From positions 92 through 64,091 of the forward strand of contig CALXEU010000017.1 of assembly GCA_944387395.1 (NCBI GenBank): DNA of 64,000 nucleotides, in the 5' to 3' direction. A model generated the notes under the pieces. The model worked only from the letters and a program-made list of their open reading frames with translations, was not told where the DNA came from and made no database searches. A program made the position numbers and the translations under genes. Source of the stretch: an uncultured Clostridia bacterium. GTDB lineage: Bacteria > Bacillota > Clostridia > TANB77 > CAG-508. Below are positions 27,669 to 37,802 of this stretch, one piece after another (position 1 is the first letter of the stretch; each line of letters begins with the position of its first letter).

Positions 27669-28865
27669 TTATTTATTTAAAACCTCTATTGCTTTATTTA
27701 ATTGAGTATCTTCTGTATAACTTGTTAAATCTACTTCATAGTCAGGTTTTATACCAACTTTGTTAATTTGATTATGATTTGGTGTATAATATTCATCTGT
27801 AGTAATTTTTAATCCACTTCCATCACTTAGTGTATATACTGTTTGTATTACACCTTTTCCATATGTTGTTTTTCCTACAATTTTTGCTCCATATAACTCT
27901 TTTAAAGCTCCCGCAAGTATTTCTGAAGCACTTGCAGTGTTTTCATTTACAAGTATAACTAAAGGTATATCTTTTATTACTGGATCTATTTTTGCTTTAG
28001 TTAATTTTTCATCATTCTCGCCTTTTCCTTTTGTTATTAGAATTGTTTTATCTTTTTCAACAAATAAATCTGCAATATCTGTTGCTTCAGAAACAATTCC
28101 ACCTCCATTGTTTCTTAAATCTATTATTATCTTTTTAGCACCTTTATTAATTAAATCTAAAGCTTTTTCTTTAAATGAACTTGCAACTCCACTATCAAAT
28201 GAATCTATTTGTAAATAAGCTATATCATTTTCTAACATTTCTGAACTTACATGTTCTACTTTTATCTTCTTTCTTGTTACTTGTACGTTTAACTCTTCTC
28301 CATCTCTTTCGATGGTAATATTTACAGTTGTACCTTCTTCATCTTTTAAAACAGCAGTTGCTTTTTCTAATTCTTCTCCCTTATATTCAACACCATCTAT
28401 TTTTTTTATAATGTCCTCGGCTTTTATACCTGCTTCTTCTGCAGGTGAGCCTTCCATTACTCCTGCTACATATATTTGATTATTTATATTTGATACATAA
28501 ACTCCTATTCCAACATATTGACTACTTGTCTCTTCATTGAAATCTTCCATTTCACTTTTTCCAAGATATTCAGTATAAGGATCACCTAATCCTGCAACAT
28601 AGCCTTTTAATGCACCTTCTATTAAATCTTCTTCATTTATTTCTCCAATATATTTAGCTTCTAATATACTTTTAAAATTTTCTAATGTTTTTAATAGACC
28701 TATTTCATCAGAAGAAACATTATCACCTAGAATTTCTGATGTATACATATTTTTTATTTCTTTATATATAAATAATGTTGTAACTGTAAATGTTATTACA
28801 ATAGTTAATATTAAAAGCATTATTATTTTATAAATACGTTGTAGCTTTGCCTTTCTCTCGTTCAT
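27669..28865 (-). CDS. S41 family C-terminal processing peptidase (CtpB-like) with PDZ domain
   Basis: S41 catalytic region and PDZ segment. N-terminal signal/TM. Lies next to the spoIIA operon, as ctpB does. Confidence 0.8.
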   Translation of the reverse strand: MNERKAKLQRIYKIIMLLILTIVITFTVTTLFIYKEIKNMYTSEILGDNVSSDEIGLLKTLENFKSILEAKYIGEINEEDLIEGALKGYVAGLGDPYTEYLGKSEMEDFNEETSSQYVGIGVYVSNINNQIYVAGVMEGSPAEEAGIKAEDIIKKIDGVEYKGEELEKATAVLKDEEGTTVNITIERDGEELNVQVTRKKIKVEHVSSEMLENDIAYLQIDSFDSGVASSFKEKALDLINKGAKKIIIDLRNNGGGIVSEATDIADLFVEKDKTILITKGKGENDEKLTKAKIDPVIKDIPLVILVNENTASASEILAGALKELYGAKIVGKTTYGKGVIQTVYTLSDGSGLKITTDEYYTPNHNQINKVGIKPDYEVDLTSYTEDTQLNKAIEVLNK

Positions 28866-28886
28866 TATTTTTCCTTCCTCCTTAAA

Positions 28887-30146
28887 TTATTGTATAACTA
28901 TAACATTATTTAATTGTGTATTATCTACATTAGTTTGATTTTCGCCATTACTTGATTTTAAATAGTTTAGTGGATTAACAACAGTTCCATTTACTCTTAC
29001 CTCAAAATGCAAGTGTGGTCCAGTTGAATTTCCTGTAGATCCCACTGTCATTATTATATCTCCCTGTTTTACTTGATCTCCTACTTTTGCAATAATATCT
29101 TGCCCATGTCCATATAGTGTTATTATTCCATTACCATGACTAATCATTACACAATTTCCATAACCTCCCATTTCAGATGCATAAGTTACTACTCCATCCA
29201 TTGCTGCTACTATTGGTGCACCAAAACCAGCATTTCCTATGTCCAATCCTGAGTGATATTTATACACACCTTGTATAGGATGTAATCTGTTTCCATATCC
29301 TGATGTAATGTATGTACCAGACTTTGCAATAGGCCATATCATTAAGCCTCCTGTATATTGAACCTCAAATTCTCCACTCCAAGCAATTGCTTCTTGTATT
29401 TGTCTTTCTAGTTCTTCCTCTTGAGCCTTAAAGTCTGCTATTTTCTGTTGTAGTTGTTTTTCTTCTTCTGAAAGTTGAAGTATATAACTTTCCTGCAAAA
29501 TTTTATTATTTTCCATTAGAACTTTCATTCTGTTTGCATTTGTTTTTGCCATTTGTAATGTTTCTTGCTGTTTTTCTTGTTTTGCTTTTTCAAGCATTAT
29601 TTCTGATTTTATCTGCTCTAATTCTTCTAATAAATCATTATCAAATTCGATTATTTGTTCTAGTAAGTAATAATTTGATAAAAATTCTAGTATACTATTA
29701 GATTTTAATAGTACATCTAAATATGATGTCTCTCCTTGTTCATACATAGCAACTGTTCTTTTTTTGAGAATTTCTTCTTTTTTATTATATACCTCTTCTG
29801 TTTGTTTTAATTTCTCATTGGTTTCATTTATTTTGTTTTCCATTTCAATAATCTGATTATTTAAATTATTGTATTCTTCTTCATATTGTCTAATTGAATC
29901 ATCTAATTCCTGTACTTTTTGAAGAGTTGCTGAAAGTTCTCCTTCAACATATTCCAATCTATCTGATGATTCTTGTATTTGGTTTTCTATCTGTTGTACT
30001 TGTTCTTCTAATGTAGCATTTGATATTTCATTAGTTGAATTTGTCTCTGATAATTGATTACTAATTTCATTGTTTGAAAAAACATTAACTGAAAAGCTAA
30101 TTAAAAATAATATTGTAATTATACATATTACTATTTTTCTTCTCAT
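28887..30146 (-). CDS. coiled-coil M23 peptidase (EnvC-like murein hydrolase activator/peptidase), paralog 1
   Basis: Signal peptide and a long Gln/Glu-rich coiled coil. C-terminal LytM with HSGLD and HLHFEV intact. Confidence 0.75.
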   Translation of the reverse strand: MRRKIVICIITILFLISFSVNVFSNNEISNQLSETNSTNEISNATLEEQVQQIENQIQESSDRLEYVEGELSATLQKVQELDDSIRQYEEEYNNLNNQIIEMENKINETNEKLKQTEEVYNKKEEILKKRTVAMYEQGETSYLDVLLKSNSILEFLSNYYLLEQIIEFDNDLLEELEQIKSEIMLEKAKQEKQQETLQMAKTNANRMKVLMENNKILQESYILQLSEEEKQLQQKIADFKAQEEELERQIQEAIAWSGEFEVQYTGGLMIWPIAKSGTYITSGYGNRLHPIQGVYKYHSGLDIGNAGFGAPIVAAMDGVVTYASEMGGYGNCVMISHGNGIITLYGHGQDIIAKVGDQVKQGDIIMTVGSTGNSTGPHLHFEVRVNGTVVNPLNYLKSSNGENQTNVDNTQLNNVIVIQ

Positions 30147-30281
30147 AGAAGTATCTCCTAAATTAGCTTATATAAGCTAGTCTAGTCCATCCTTTCTTTA
30201 TTAATTTTATTCACAAAATTCAACATTTATGCATTCTCTTCTTGGAAGTTTCCAAGAAGAGAATTTATGTAAATATTAATT

Positions 30282-31469
30282 TTAGTCTAGTATTGTGTAA
30301 CCGCCTGGTAGATAATCTAAAGGATCTAGCCAATTGTTTCCAAAGAAATCACTAAATGATGTTGCTTTTCTTATTTCGAAATGCAAGTGAGCTCCTTGGC
30401 TTGCTCCAGAGTTTCCTGAAGTTGCAATTACTTCTCCTTGGCTTACATATTGACCATTTGATACATGGCTTTCTGATAAGTGACCATATAATGTTACATA
30501 CCCATCTCCATGGAATACCATTACATACACTCCATATCCATTTGCATCGTATTCGTTGTATGCATATCCAGATGCAGATGCATATACATTTTCGTATGAA
30601 GCTCCTATGTCTATTCCTTTATGCCATCTTCCCCATCTCCACTTCATTCTTGAAGTAACATATTTATTATTGCATGGCCATATAAAGCTTCCATCAAAGT
30701 TTAGTCCATTTGTACCATTATTCTGCTCATTTTTTGCCATTTCTTCAGCAGCTTTTCTTGCTGCTTCTTCAAGAGCTGCATTTACTTTAGCCATAGCTTC
30801 GTTGTATGAGTCTATTTCTGCTTGAACAGCTTGTTCTTCAGCAGATAAATTTTCTAATTCTTCTTGCTTACTTTTTTGTAATTGTTCTAATTCTGCATTT
30901 TTTATTTCTTGTTCTTTTTTTAGATTTTCTACCTCTGCTTTTTGCTCTTCTAGTTCATTTTTATTTTTTTCTAAATCAACTTTTTCTTGTTCTAACTTTT
31001 CTATTAATTCTGTATCTGATTCTACAATTTGTTGAACAAGAGAATAGTTAGAAAAGAAGTCTAATATGCTTTCTGAATTGAATAATACATCTAAAAATGA
31101 AGTGTCTCCAGATTCATACATTGCTACCATTCTTTGTTTTAAAAGTTCATCTTTTTCTTTTATTTCTTCTTCTTGTTTTCTTATTTCTTCTTCTTTTACT
31201 GTAATTGCTTCATTTATAGCTTCTAGTTCAGATTTTATTGAAGCAAGTTCGTTTTGTGCATCTGATACTTTTACTGTTAATTCTTCTAGTTCACTTTGTG
31301 CTTCATTCTTATTTCCAGCAATATCATCTAATTGCTGTGTTGCATTATTTATTTTGTCTTGTAATTCTTCTTTATCTTGTTCTGTTACTGCTAATAATCT
31401 AATTTCTAATGTAAATAACAGTAGTATTATTGTAAAAACTGTTATTACTGAATAGATTGTCTTTTTCAT
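30282..31469 (-). CDS. coiled-coil M23 peptidase (EnvC-like), paralog 2
   Basis: Same architecture as paralog 1. HKGID and HLHFEI motifs intact. Confidence 0.75.
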   Translation of the reverse strand: MKKTIYSVITVFTIILLLFTLEIRLLAVTEQDKEELQDKINNATQQLDDIAGNKNEAQSELEELTVKVSDAQNELASIKSELEAINEAITVKEEEIRKQEEEIKEKDELLKQRMVAMYESGDTSFLDVLFNSESILDFFSNYSLVQQIVESDTELIEKLEQEKVDLEKNKNELEEQKAEVENLKKEQEIKNAELEQLQKSKQEELENLSAEEQAVQAEIDSYNEAMAKVNAALEEAARKAAEEMAKNEQNNGTNGLNFDGSFIWPCNNKYVTSRMKWRWGRWHKGIDIGASYENVYASASGYAYNEYDANGYGVYVMVFHGDGYVTLYGHLSESHVSNGQYVSQGEVIATSGNSGASQGAHLHFEIRKATSFSDFFGNNWLDPLDYLPGGYTILD

Positions 31470-31517
31470 CTCTAAATTTCCTCCTATGGCTCATTGCCAA
31501 TTTAATCTTATTGTTTT

Positions 31518-32441
31518 TTATACATCTAGGTATTTTCTCATTGATATTGCACTTCCTAAGCTTCCTATTCCTATTCCTAGTGCTAGGTAAACTATTACAA
31601 GTAGTGTAATCATATCTTCAAATCCTAAAAGTGCCATTCCCATTTTGTTGATTACTATTGAACTTGAAATTGCATCTGATGCAAAATTATATATTAAACC
31701 AATTACAACAAGTGAAAGTATAGCTGCTAAAATTCCTATTATAATACCTTCTACTATAAATGGCCATCTAATAAAGCTATCTGTTGCTCCTACATATTTC
31801 ATTATTGATATTTCTTTTCTTCTTGCATGCACTGTTAGTTTTATTGTATTTGCAATAATGAAAGTAGAAATAACTACAAGTAATATTAATATTGTCATAG
31901 ATATTATTCTTACGATATTTGCTACACTTATTAAGCCTTTTATTGTCGTATCTTTGCTTGATATTTCTGCAACATTATCTATTTTATTTATTTCTTCTTG
32001 TACTTGATCACTTAAATTTAAGTCTGTTAATGTTACAAAATATGATGCTCTAAATGGGTTTTCTTCGTCCCAGCCTGCAATTAATCCTTGCTTGTCCTTT
32101 AATCTTTCCTTTACTTGATTTAGAGCGTCTTCCTTTGATACATATGTTATTTTGTTCACACCTTCTATTACTTTAATTTGATCTTCTATTTGAGCAATTT
32201 GTGAATCTGTTGCTTCTTTTTCTATAAACACTTGCATTCCTTGCTCTGTTTCTATTGTTTTTATTATGTAATTAATATTTTCTATAATCAAGAAAAATAA
32301 TCCAAATATAAGCATTGTAGCACACATTATTGCAAGTGAGGCTCCTGTTGATTTTTTGTTGTGTGTTACGTTTCTAAATCCTTCTCCTAATAAATATCCA
32401 AATACACTATGCTTCACCGTCATACCCACCTTTTTTGTCAC
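31518..32441 (-). CDS. ftsX: cell division permease-like protein FtsX
   Basis: N-terminal cytoplasmic KHS..EGFRN, a large extracellular loop and 4 TM helices. Overlaps the 3' end of ftsE. Confidence 0.85.
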   Translation of the reverse strand: MTKKVGMTVKHSVFGYLLGEGFRNVTHNKKSTGASLAIMCATMLIFGLFFLIIENINYIIKTIETEQGMQVFIEKEATDSQIAQIEDQIKVIEGVNKITYVSKEDALNQVKERLKDKQGLIAGWDEENPFRASYFVTLTDLNLSDQVQEEINKIDNVAEISSKDTTIKGLISVANIVRIISMTILILLVVISTFIIANTIKLTVHARRKEISIMKYVGATDSFIRWPFIVEGIIIGILAAILSLVVIGLIYNFASDAISSSIVINKMGMALLGFEDMITLLVIVYLALGIGIGSLGSAISMRKYLDV

Positions 32442-33090
32442 TAATTATGTTTCCATTTTCTATACGAATAACTCGTTTGTTCATTTTATCTACTATGTCT
32501 TTTGCGTGTGTTGCAACAACTAGAGTAGTTCCTCTTAAATTTATTTCATTTAACAATCTCATTATATCCCAAGCAGTGTCAGGGTCTAAGTTTCCTGTTG
32601 GCTCGTCTGCTATTAACATTGATGGATTATTTACTAAAGCTCTTGCAAGCGCAACTCTTTGTTGTTCTCCTCCAGATAGCTCATTTGGATAAACTTTTGC
32701 TTTATCACTTAGACCAACCATTGATAAAACCATTGGAACTTGACGTCTTATATGTTTTGGTGTTGCTCTTACAATATGCATTGCAAATGCTACATTGTCA
32801 TATACGGTTTTGTCTGGTAAAAGTCTAAAGTCTTGAAACACAACTCCCATACTTCTACGTAAATATGGAATTCTTTTTGGTTTTAAAAATGTTGTATCTT
32901 TTCCATTTATTATTATGTTTCCTGATGTTGGTTCTTCTTCTTTAAGTATTAATTTTATTAGTGTTGATTTTCCTGAACCTGATGATCCTACTAAGAATGC
33001 AAAGTCTCCTTTGTTTATTTTAAAATTTGCATTATGGACGGCCTCTGTTCCTGTGTCGTATGTTTTGCAAACATTTCTAAATTCTATCAT
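32407..33090 (-). CDS. ftsE: cell division ATP-binding protein FtsE
   Basis: ABC ATPase with GSSGSGKST and LSGGEQQRVALARAL. Length 227 aa. Confidence 0.85.
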   Translation of the reverse strand: MIEFRNVCKTYDTGTEAVHNANFKINKGDFAFLVGSSGSGKSTLIKLILKEEEPTSGNIIINGKDTTFLKPKRIPYLRRSMGVVFQDFRLLPDKTVYDNVAFAMHIVRATPKHIRRQVPMVLSMVGLSDKAKVYPNELSGGEQQRVALARALVNNPSMLIADEPTGNLDPDTAWDIMRLLNEINLRGTTLVVATHAKDIVDKMNKRVIRIENGNIISDKKGGYDGEA

Positions 33091-33300
33091 TTTTATAATT
33101 CATGCTTGCTAAATTTTAGAAAGCATTACTCCTTCCTTATTAATATTAAATCTATATTTCTCTTTTTTATAATATCAATAATCGACTTTTTTTGCAATAC
33201 TAATTAATAAAAAAAAGAAAAACTTTAGTGAATTTTTTGTGAACAAAAAAATATAACCGTCTTGAAGTAAATAGGATAAATTCACCTCAAAACGGAATTT

Positions 33301-34242
33301 TTAAAACATATTGCAAATAGCCTCTGCATCTATTTTATATTTTTTCATTAACTCTTCTGCTTTTCCAGATTCTCCAAATGTATCATTTATTCCCATTCTT
33401 ATTACTTTAGCTGGGTAATTTTCTGATAATATTTCACATACAAGGCTTCCAATTCCACAATTTATACTATGATCCTCTATTGTAATTATTTTTTTAGTTT
33501 CTTTCGCACATTTAATTATTAACTCTTTATCTACTGGTTTTATAGAATACAAATCAACTATCCTAATATTTATTCCTCTTTTTCTTAAAGTTTCCTGTGC
33601 CTTTAGCGCTTCTACAACGGTTACTCCTGTCCCTATAACTGTTGCGTCTGTCCCATCTCCTATTTGAATTGCTTTTCCTATTTCAAATTTTATATTATTC
33701 TCTTCTATAAATTTCTCATCATATATTATAGGCGTTGCTAGTCTGCACAATCTTAAATATACTGGTCCTTTTATTTTTGAAATTTCTTTAACTGCCCATC
33801 TTGTTTGTACATCATCTGATGTAGATATTACAGTCATGTTTGGCAAATTTCTCATCATACCTATATCTTCTAACATCTGATGTGTTGCTCCATCTTCTCC
33901 AACTGTTATACCGCAATGTGTTGCACATATTTTTACATTTGCATTTGTATGTGCTATAGAATTTCTTACTTGGTCATAAGCCCTTCCTGCTGCAAATACT
34001 GCAAAAGTATTTACATATGGAATTTTGCCAAAGTTTGAAATTCCTACTGCAGTTCCCATCATATCTTGTTCTGCAATTCCTATATCAAAAAATCTATTAG
34101 GAAATTTTTTTGCAAAAATTGATGTTTTAGTAGCACTTGCTAAATCTGCATCTAATACAACTATATTTTCATTTTTTTCTCCAAGCTCTGCCAAAGCTTC
34201 ACCATAACTTTGTCTTGTCGCAATTTTTTTATCTAAAATCAT
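33301..34242 (-). CDS. transketolase, C-terminal subunit
   Basis: Pyrimidine-binding and C-terminal transketolase domains. Paired with the N-terminal subunit gene upstream. Confidence 0.85.
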   Translation of the reverse strand: MILDKKIATRQSYGEALAELGEKNENIVVLDADLASATKTSIFAKKFPNRFFDIGIAEQDMMGTAVGISNFGKIPYVNTFAVFAAGRAYDQVRNSIAHTNANVKICATHCGITVGEDGATHQMLEDIGMMRNLPNMTVISTSDDVQTRWAVKEISKIKGPVYLRLCRLATPIIYDEKFIEENNIKFEIGKAIQIGDGTDATVIGTGVTVVEALKAQETLRKRGINIRIVDLYSIKPVDKELIIKCAKETKKIITIEDHSINCGIGSLVCEILSENYPAKVIRMGINDTFGESGKAEELMKKYKIDAEAICNMF

Positions 34243-34268
34243 AAAACTTCTCCTATTCTTATCAAAAA

Positions 34269-35114
34269 TTACTTAACAATTGATTTTTCAAGTTCCTCTA
34301 TTGCAATTTTATATTCTACTTCAGATGGTGCTTTTCCGTGCCACTCAGCTTTGTTTTCCATAAATGACACTCCTTTTCCCTTTATTGTTTTTGCAATAAT
34401 AATACTAGGTTTTCCCTTAGTTTGTCTTGCAAGTTCAAAACTATTAATAAGTTCTTCTATATTATGACCATTAGCTTCTATTACATTAAATCCAAATGAA
34501 TCCCACTTGCTTCTTAAACAGTCTAATCCTTTTACTTCTTCAACAGTTCCATCTATTTGAAGTCTGTTATAGTCTAAAATTACACATAAGTTATCTAATT
34601 TGTATTTATTAGCCGTCATTGCAGCTTCCCAGATTTGACCTTCTTCTATTTCTCCATCACCTAATATGCAATAAATTCTACATCCTAAACTATCCATTTT
34701 AGAGGCAATAGCCATACCATTTGCGATAGATAATCCCTGTCCAAGCGAACCTGTAGACATGTCTATTCCATTTACCAATTCCATATCTGGATGTCCTTGT
34801 AATTTGCTTCCTAGCTTTCTAAAAGTTTTTAGTTCATCTTTATTTATATAACCTTTTTCTGCAAGGACTGCATATAAAGCAGCAACAGCATGTCCTTTAG
34901 ATAATACCAGTCTATCTCTTAAATTTGAATTTGGGTTTTCTTCAGATATATTCATCTGATTAAAGTATAGAACTGTTAATATATCGGCAATTGATAAAGC
35001 TCCACCCGGATGTCCAGATTTAGCTTCATATACTTGTTTTATTATGCTTATTCTAACATTATTAGCTATTTTTTCTAGCTCTTTTATATCTGTTACTTTC
35101 AAAAAATCACACAC
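34269..35114 (-). CDS. transketolase, N-terminal (TPP-binding) subunit
   Basis: SGHPGG and the GDG..EG TPP-binding motif. GTG start codon. Confidence 0.8.
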   Translation of the reverse strand: MCDFLKVTDIKELEKIANNVRISIIKQVYEAKSGHPGGALSIADILTVLYFNQMNISEENPNSNLRDRLVLSKGHAVAALYAVLAEKGYINKDELKTFRKLGSKLQGHPDMELVNGIDMSTGSLGQGLSIANGMAIASKMDSLGCRIYCILGDGEIEEGQIWEAAMTANKYKLDNLCVILDYNRLQIDGTVEEVKGLDCLRSKWDSFGFNVIEANGHNIEELINSFELARQTKGKPSIIIAKTIKGKGVSFMENKAEWHGKAPSEVEYKIAIEELEKSIVK

Positions 35115-35231
35115 CTTTCAATTTTAATTATATTATTTTCTAAATGCTATCATATTATTTTCTTTTTTTCAATAATTAATTTTAAAATGGAACAGGACTG
35201 ATCTTTCGATAAGCCCTGTTCCTGGATGCAT

Positions 35232-35942
35232 TTATTCAATTAAATCGAGCTTTAGCCCCTTTTCGGGTTCTACACTGAATACTCTTGCCCAAACCTTCTG
35301 CCCAGGCTTTAACTTATCCAAGGTTCTTGGCTTTCCGGAGACAATTCCGGGAATTCCTGGAGTTACCTCACAGTAATACCCCTTCCTGTTTGCTCTCTGT
35401 GCTACCATGACACAGAGTTCTTGATCTTTCCTGTATCTGTATCCTACTTCCTGAAGCGTTGGGTACAGATCCTTTCGGTCAAGAGAAACCTGGTACTTTT
35501 TCTTATCTTTATTAGAAACCATTGCTTTAATGGTTTCGCCAGCTTTAAAAAACTGTCTCATGTCTTTTAATTTTGCCCTAGAAACCTCTTTAAAGTGTAT
35601 CAAGCAGGTAAGTTCACTTTCAGGGGGATTGACAAAAATTCCCCAATCAGTTATCCCTTGAATCCGAAATGTGTATTCTTCCCACTCCACAAGATTATTG
35701 AAGTCTTCCTTCATAGCCTCCGCCCTGGAAGCAATTATTACATCATCTTGTTTTTCGAGAGGAATGCAGTAGATGCCCTTTTTAAGCATCTCATCTACCT
35801 CCCATCCTTGAATTTTGCCATGGTTTTGCAAAGTCATCTCTTTTTGCGGAATTATAATCCGCTTTCCATCTTCTGTCCATGCCATCATGGCACCAACTCT
35901 CGAGTCCCAATCAAGATATTCCGGCTTAATAAAGATTCTCAT
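35232..35942 (-). CDS. S1-like RNA-binding domain protein (possibly CvfB/YitL-like), atypical high GC
   Basis: Two or three S1-like OB segments. Roughly 42-45% GC against ~28% around it, with codons such as CCG, GCG, CGG and CTC that are rare elsewhere in the window. Carries its own GC-rich terminator hairpin at 35188-35223. Confidence 0.5.
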   Translation of the reverse strand: MRIFIKPEYLDWDSRVGAMMAWTEDGKRIIIPQKEMTLQNHGKIQGWEVDEMLKKGIYCIPLEKQDDVIIASRAEAMKEDFNNLVEWEEYTFRIQGITDWGIFVNPPESELTCLIHFKEVSRAKLKDMRQFFKAGETIKAMVSNKDKKKYQVSLDRKDLYPTLQEVGYRYRKDQELCVMVAQRANRKGYYCEVTPGIPGIVSGKPRTLDKLKPGQKVWARVFSVEPEKGLKLDLIE

Positions 35943-36141
35943 TACAACCTCCTTGATGCATAATGCATCCTTGTAGGGAATTTTATTGTTTTCCCTCTTT
36001 CAAATTTCGACTATGCTAATGCATATGCTTATATATTAACATAAAATAGCGTTAATTTCAACAATTTCTCTGTTTTTTCTTGCAAATTTCTTCATATTAA
36101 TATAAAATGCAATAGAAGTTTTTGAAAGGATTTTTATAATT

Positions 36142-36564
36142 ATGCATAAATTTATTTCACATTCAGAAGAAGATACAAAAAGTTTTGCTGAAAACTTTGC
36201 AAAAAATTTAAACAAAGATTCCATTATTATTTTAACTGGTGATTTGGGATCTGGTAAAACAAAGTTTACCGAAGGTATTTTAAAATATTTTGGTCTAGAA
36301 AACGAAATATCCAGTCCAACCTTTACAATAGTTAATGAATATAATGCTAAAGATTTAAATATTTATCACTTTGATTTATATAGACTTGAAGATTATGATG
36401 AATTTTATGCTATGGGTGGCGAAGAATATCTTCATAATGGAATATGTATCTTTGAATGGGGAGAAATGCTTGAATCTATTTTGAAAAAGGGGTATACTAA
36501 AATAACATTTAGTAGAAATCTAGAAAATGAAAATTATAGAACTTTACAAATTGAGGAATTTTAA
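36142..36564 (+). CDS. tsaE: tRNA threonylcarbamoyladenosine biosynthesis protein TsaE
   Basis: P-loop GDLGSGKT. About 140 aa. Followed by tsaB and rimI. Confidence 0.85.
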   Translation: MHKFISHSEEDTKSFAENFAKNLNKDSIIILTGDLGSGKTKFTEGILKYFGLENEISSPTFTIVNEYNAKDLNIYHFDLYRLEDYDEFYAMGGEEYLHNGICIFEWGEMLESILKKGYTKITFSRNLENENYRTLQIEEF

Positions 36565-36582
36565 TTATAATTGGAGGTTATT

Positions 36583-37323
36583 TTGAAAATTTTAGCTATA
36601 GACACATCATCTTCTAATTGCTCTGTTTCAATTGTAGAAGCAGACTCAAACAGTTTTAATATAATAGAATCAAAAGATAGTAACGACGAAAAAACTCATT
36701 CTCAGAAATTAATGCCTATGATTAACGAAATATTTACATCATCGAATCTTTCATTAGACAATATTGATTTACTCGCCTCTTGTATAGGCCCTGGTTCTTT
36801 TACAGGAATTAGAATTGGTATTGCAACTGCAAAAGCATTATCAGATGTAAAAAACATAAAAACAGTTGGTGTAACTTCTTTAGAAAGCTTGGCTTATAAT
36901 GTTTCTGAAGAAGGATATATTTGTTCTCTTTTGGATTGCAAAAATAACAATGTTTATGCTGCTTTATTTATGAAAAAAGAAGGAAAATATTATCAGTTAG
37001 GAGATAATATTGCAGAAAGCATAGATTTAGCACTAGATAAAATAAAAGAAATTTTGGCTCAAAATGAATACAATTCATCAACTTCTAATATAACATTTGT
37101 TGGAGATGCTAGTGTTTTATATAAAGATTTAATTTGTGAAAAATTTTTAAATTTTAAATTAAACTTTTCAGAACATAATATTCAATCATCTATTTCACTT
37201 AGCCAATGCGCTTATGATAAATATACTTGTGGTAATTTTGGAGATTCAAATGCAATTTCTCCTTTATACCTTAGAAAATCACAAGCAGAACGAAGCTTAG
37301 AAGGAAATAAAAGAGAGGTTTAA
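36583..37323 (+). CDS. tsaB: tRNA threonylcarbamoyladenosine biosynthesis protein TsaB
   Basis: N-terminus KILAIDTSS. GGAGG lies 5 nt before the TTG at 36583. The track start at 36571 is a TTG that overlaps the RBS. Confidence 0.8.
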   Translation: MKILAIDTSSSNCSVSIVEADSNSFNIIESKDSNDEKTHSQKLMPMINEIFTSSNLSLDNIDLLASCIGPGSFTGIRIGIATAKALSDVKNIKTVGVTSLESLAYNVSEEGYICSLLDCKNNNVYAALFMKKEGKYYQLGDNIAESIDLALDKIKEILAQNEYNSSTSNITFVGDASVLYKDLICEKFLNFKLNFSEHNIQSSISLSQCAYDKYTCGNFGDSNAISPLYLRKSQAERSLEGNKREV

Positions 37324-37331
37324 AATTTTTT

Positions 37332-37784
37332 ATGCAAGAATTTAAAATTTTTCCAATGAATTTGGAAGATTTAGAACTAATAAAAAATACTTTGATTTCA
37401 GATTTTGATGAATTTTGGAATTATGATATTTTAAAAACAGAACTTTTATCTTCTAATTCAAAGTATATTGTTGTAAGAAATAAAGATAATAATATTGTAG
37501 GTTTTGCTGGTATCAAAATTATTTTAGATGAAGCAGAAATTATGAATATTGTTACAAAAAAATCTGAAAGAAATTTAGGAATTGCAAGTTTAATGCTTTC
37601 TTATTTAATAAAACTGTGTTCCAAGTTTAGTATTAATAAAATAAATTTAGAGGTAAATTATAAAAATTATATTGCAATTAATCTCTATAAAAAGTATAAT
37701 TTCACTGAAGTTGGACTTAGAAAAAAATATTATGATAATAAAGATGATGCCGTACTTATGACTTTATCTATAAAGAATACATAA
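37332..37784 (+). CDS. rimI: ribosomal-protein-alanine N-acetyltransferase RimI (GNAT)
   Basis: GNAT acetyl-CoA site and the conserved tsaE-tsaB-rimI gene order. Confidence 0.75.
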   Translation: MQEFKIFPMNLEDLELIKNTLISDFDEFWNYDILKTELLSSNSKYIVVRNKDNNIVGFAGIKIILDEAEIMNIVTKKSERNLGIASLMLSYLIKLCSKFSINKINLEVNYKNYIAINLYKKYNFTEVGLRKKYYDNKDDAVLMTLSIKNT

Positions 37785-37802
37785 TTTTAGGAGGATTTAC
37801 GA

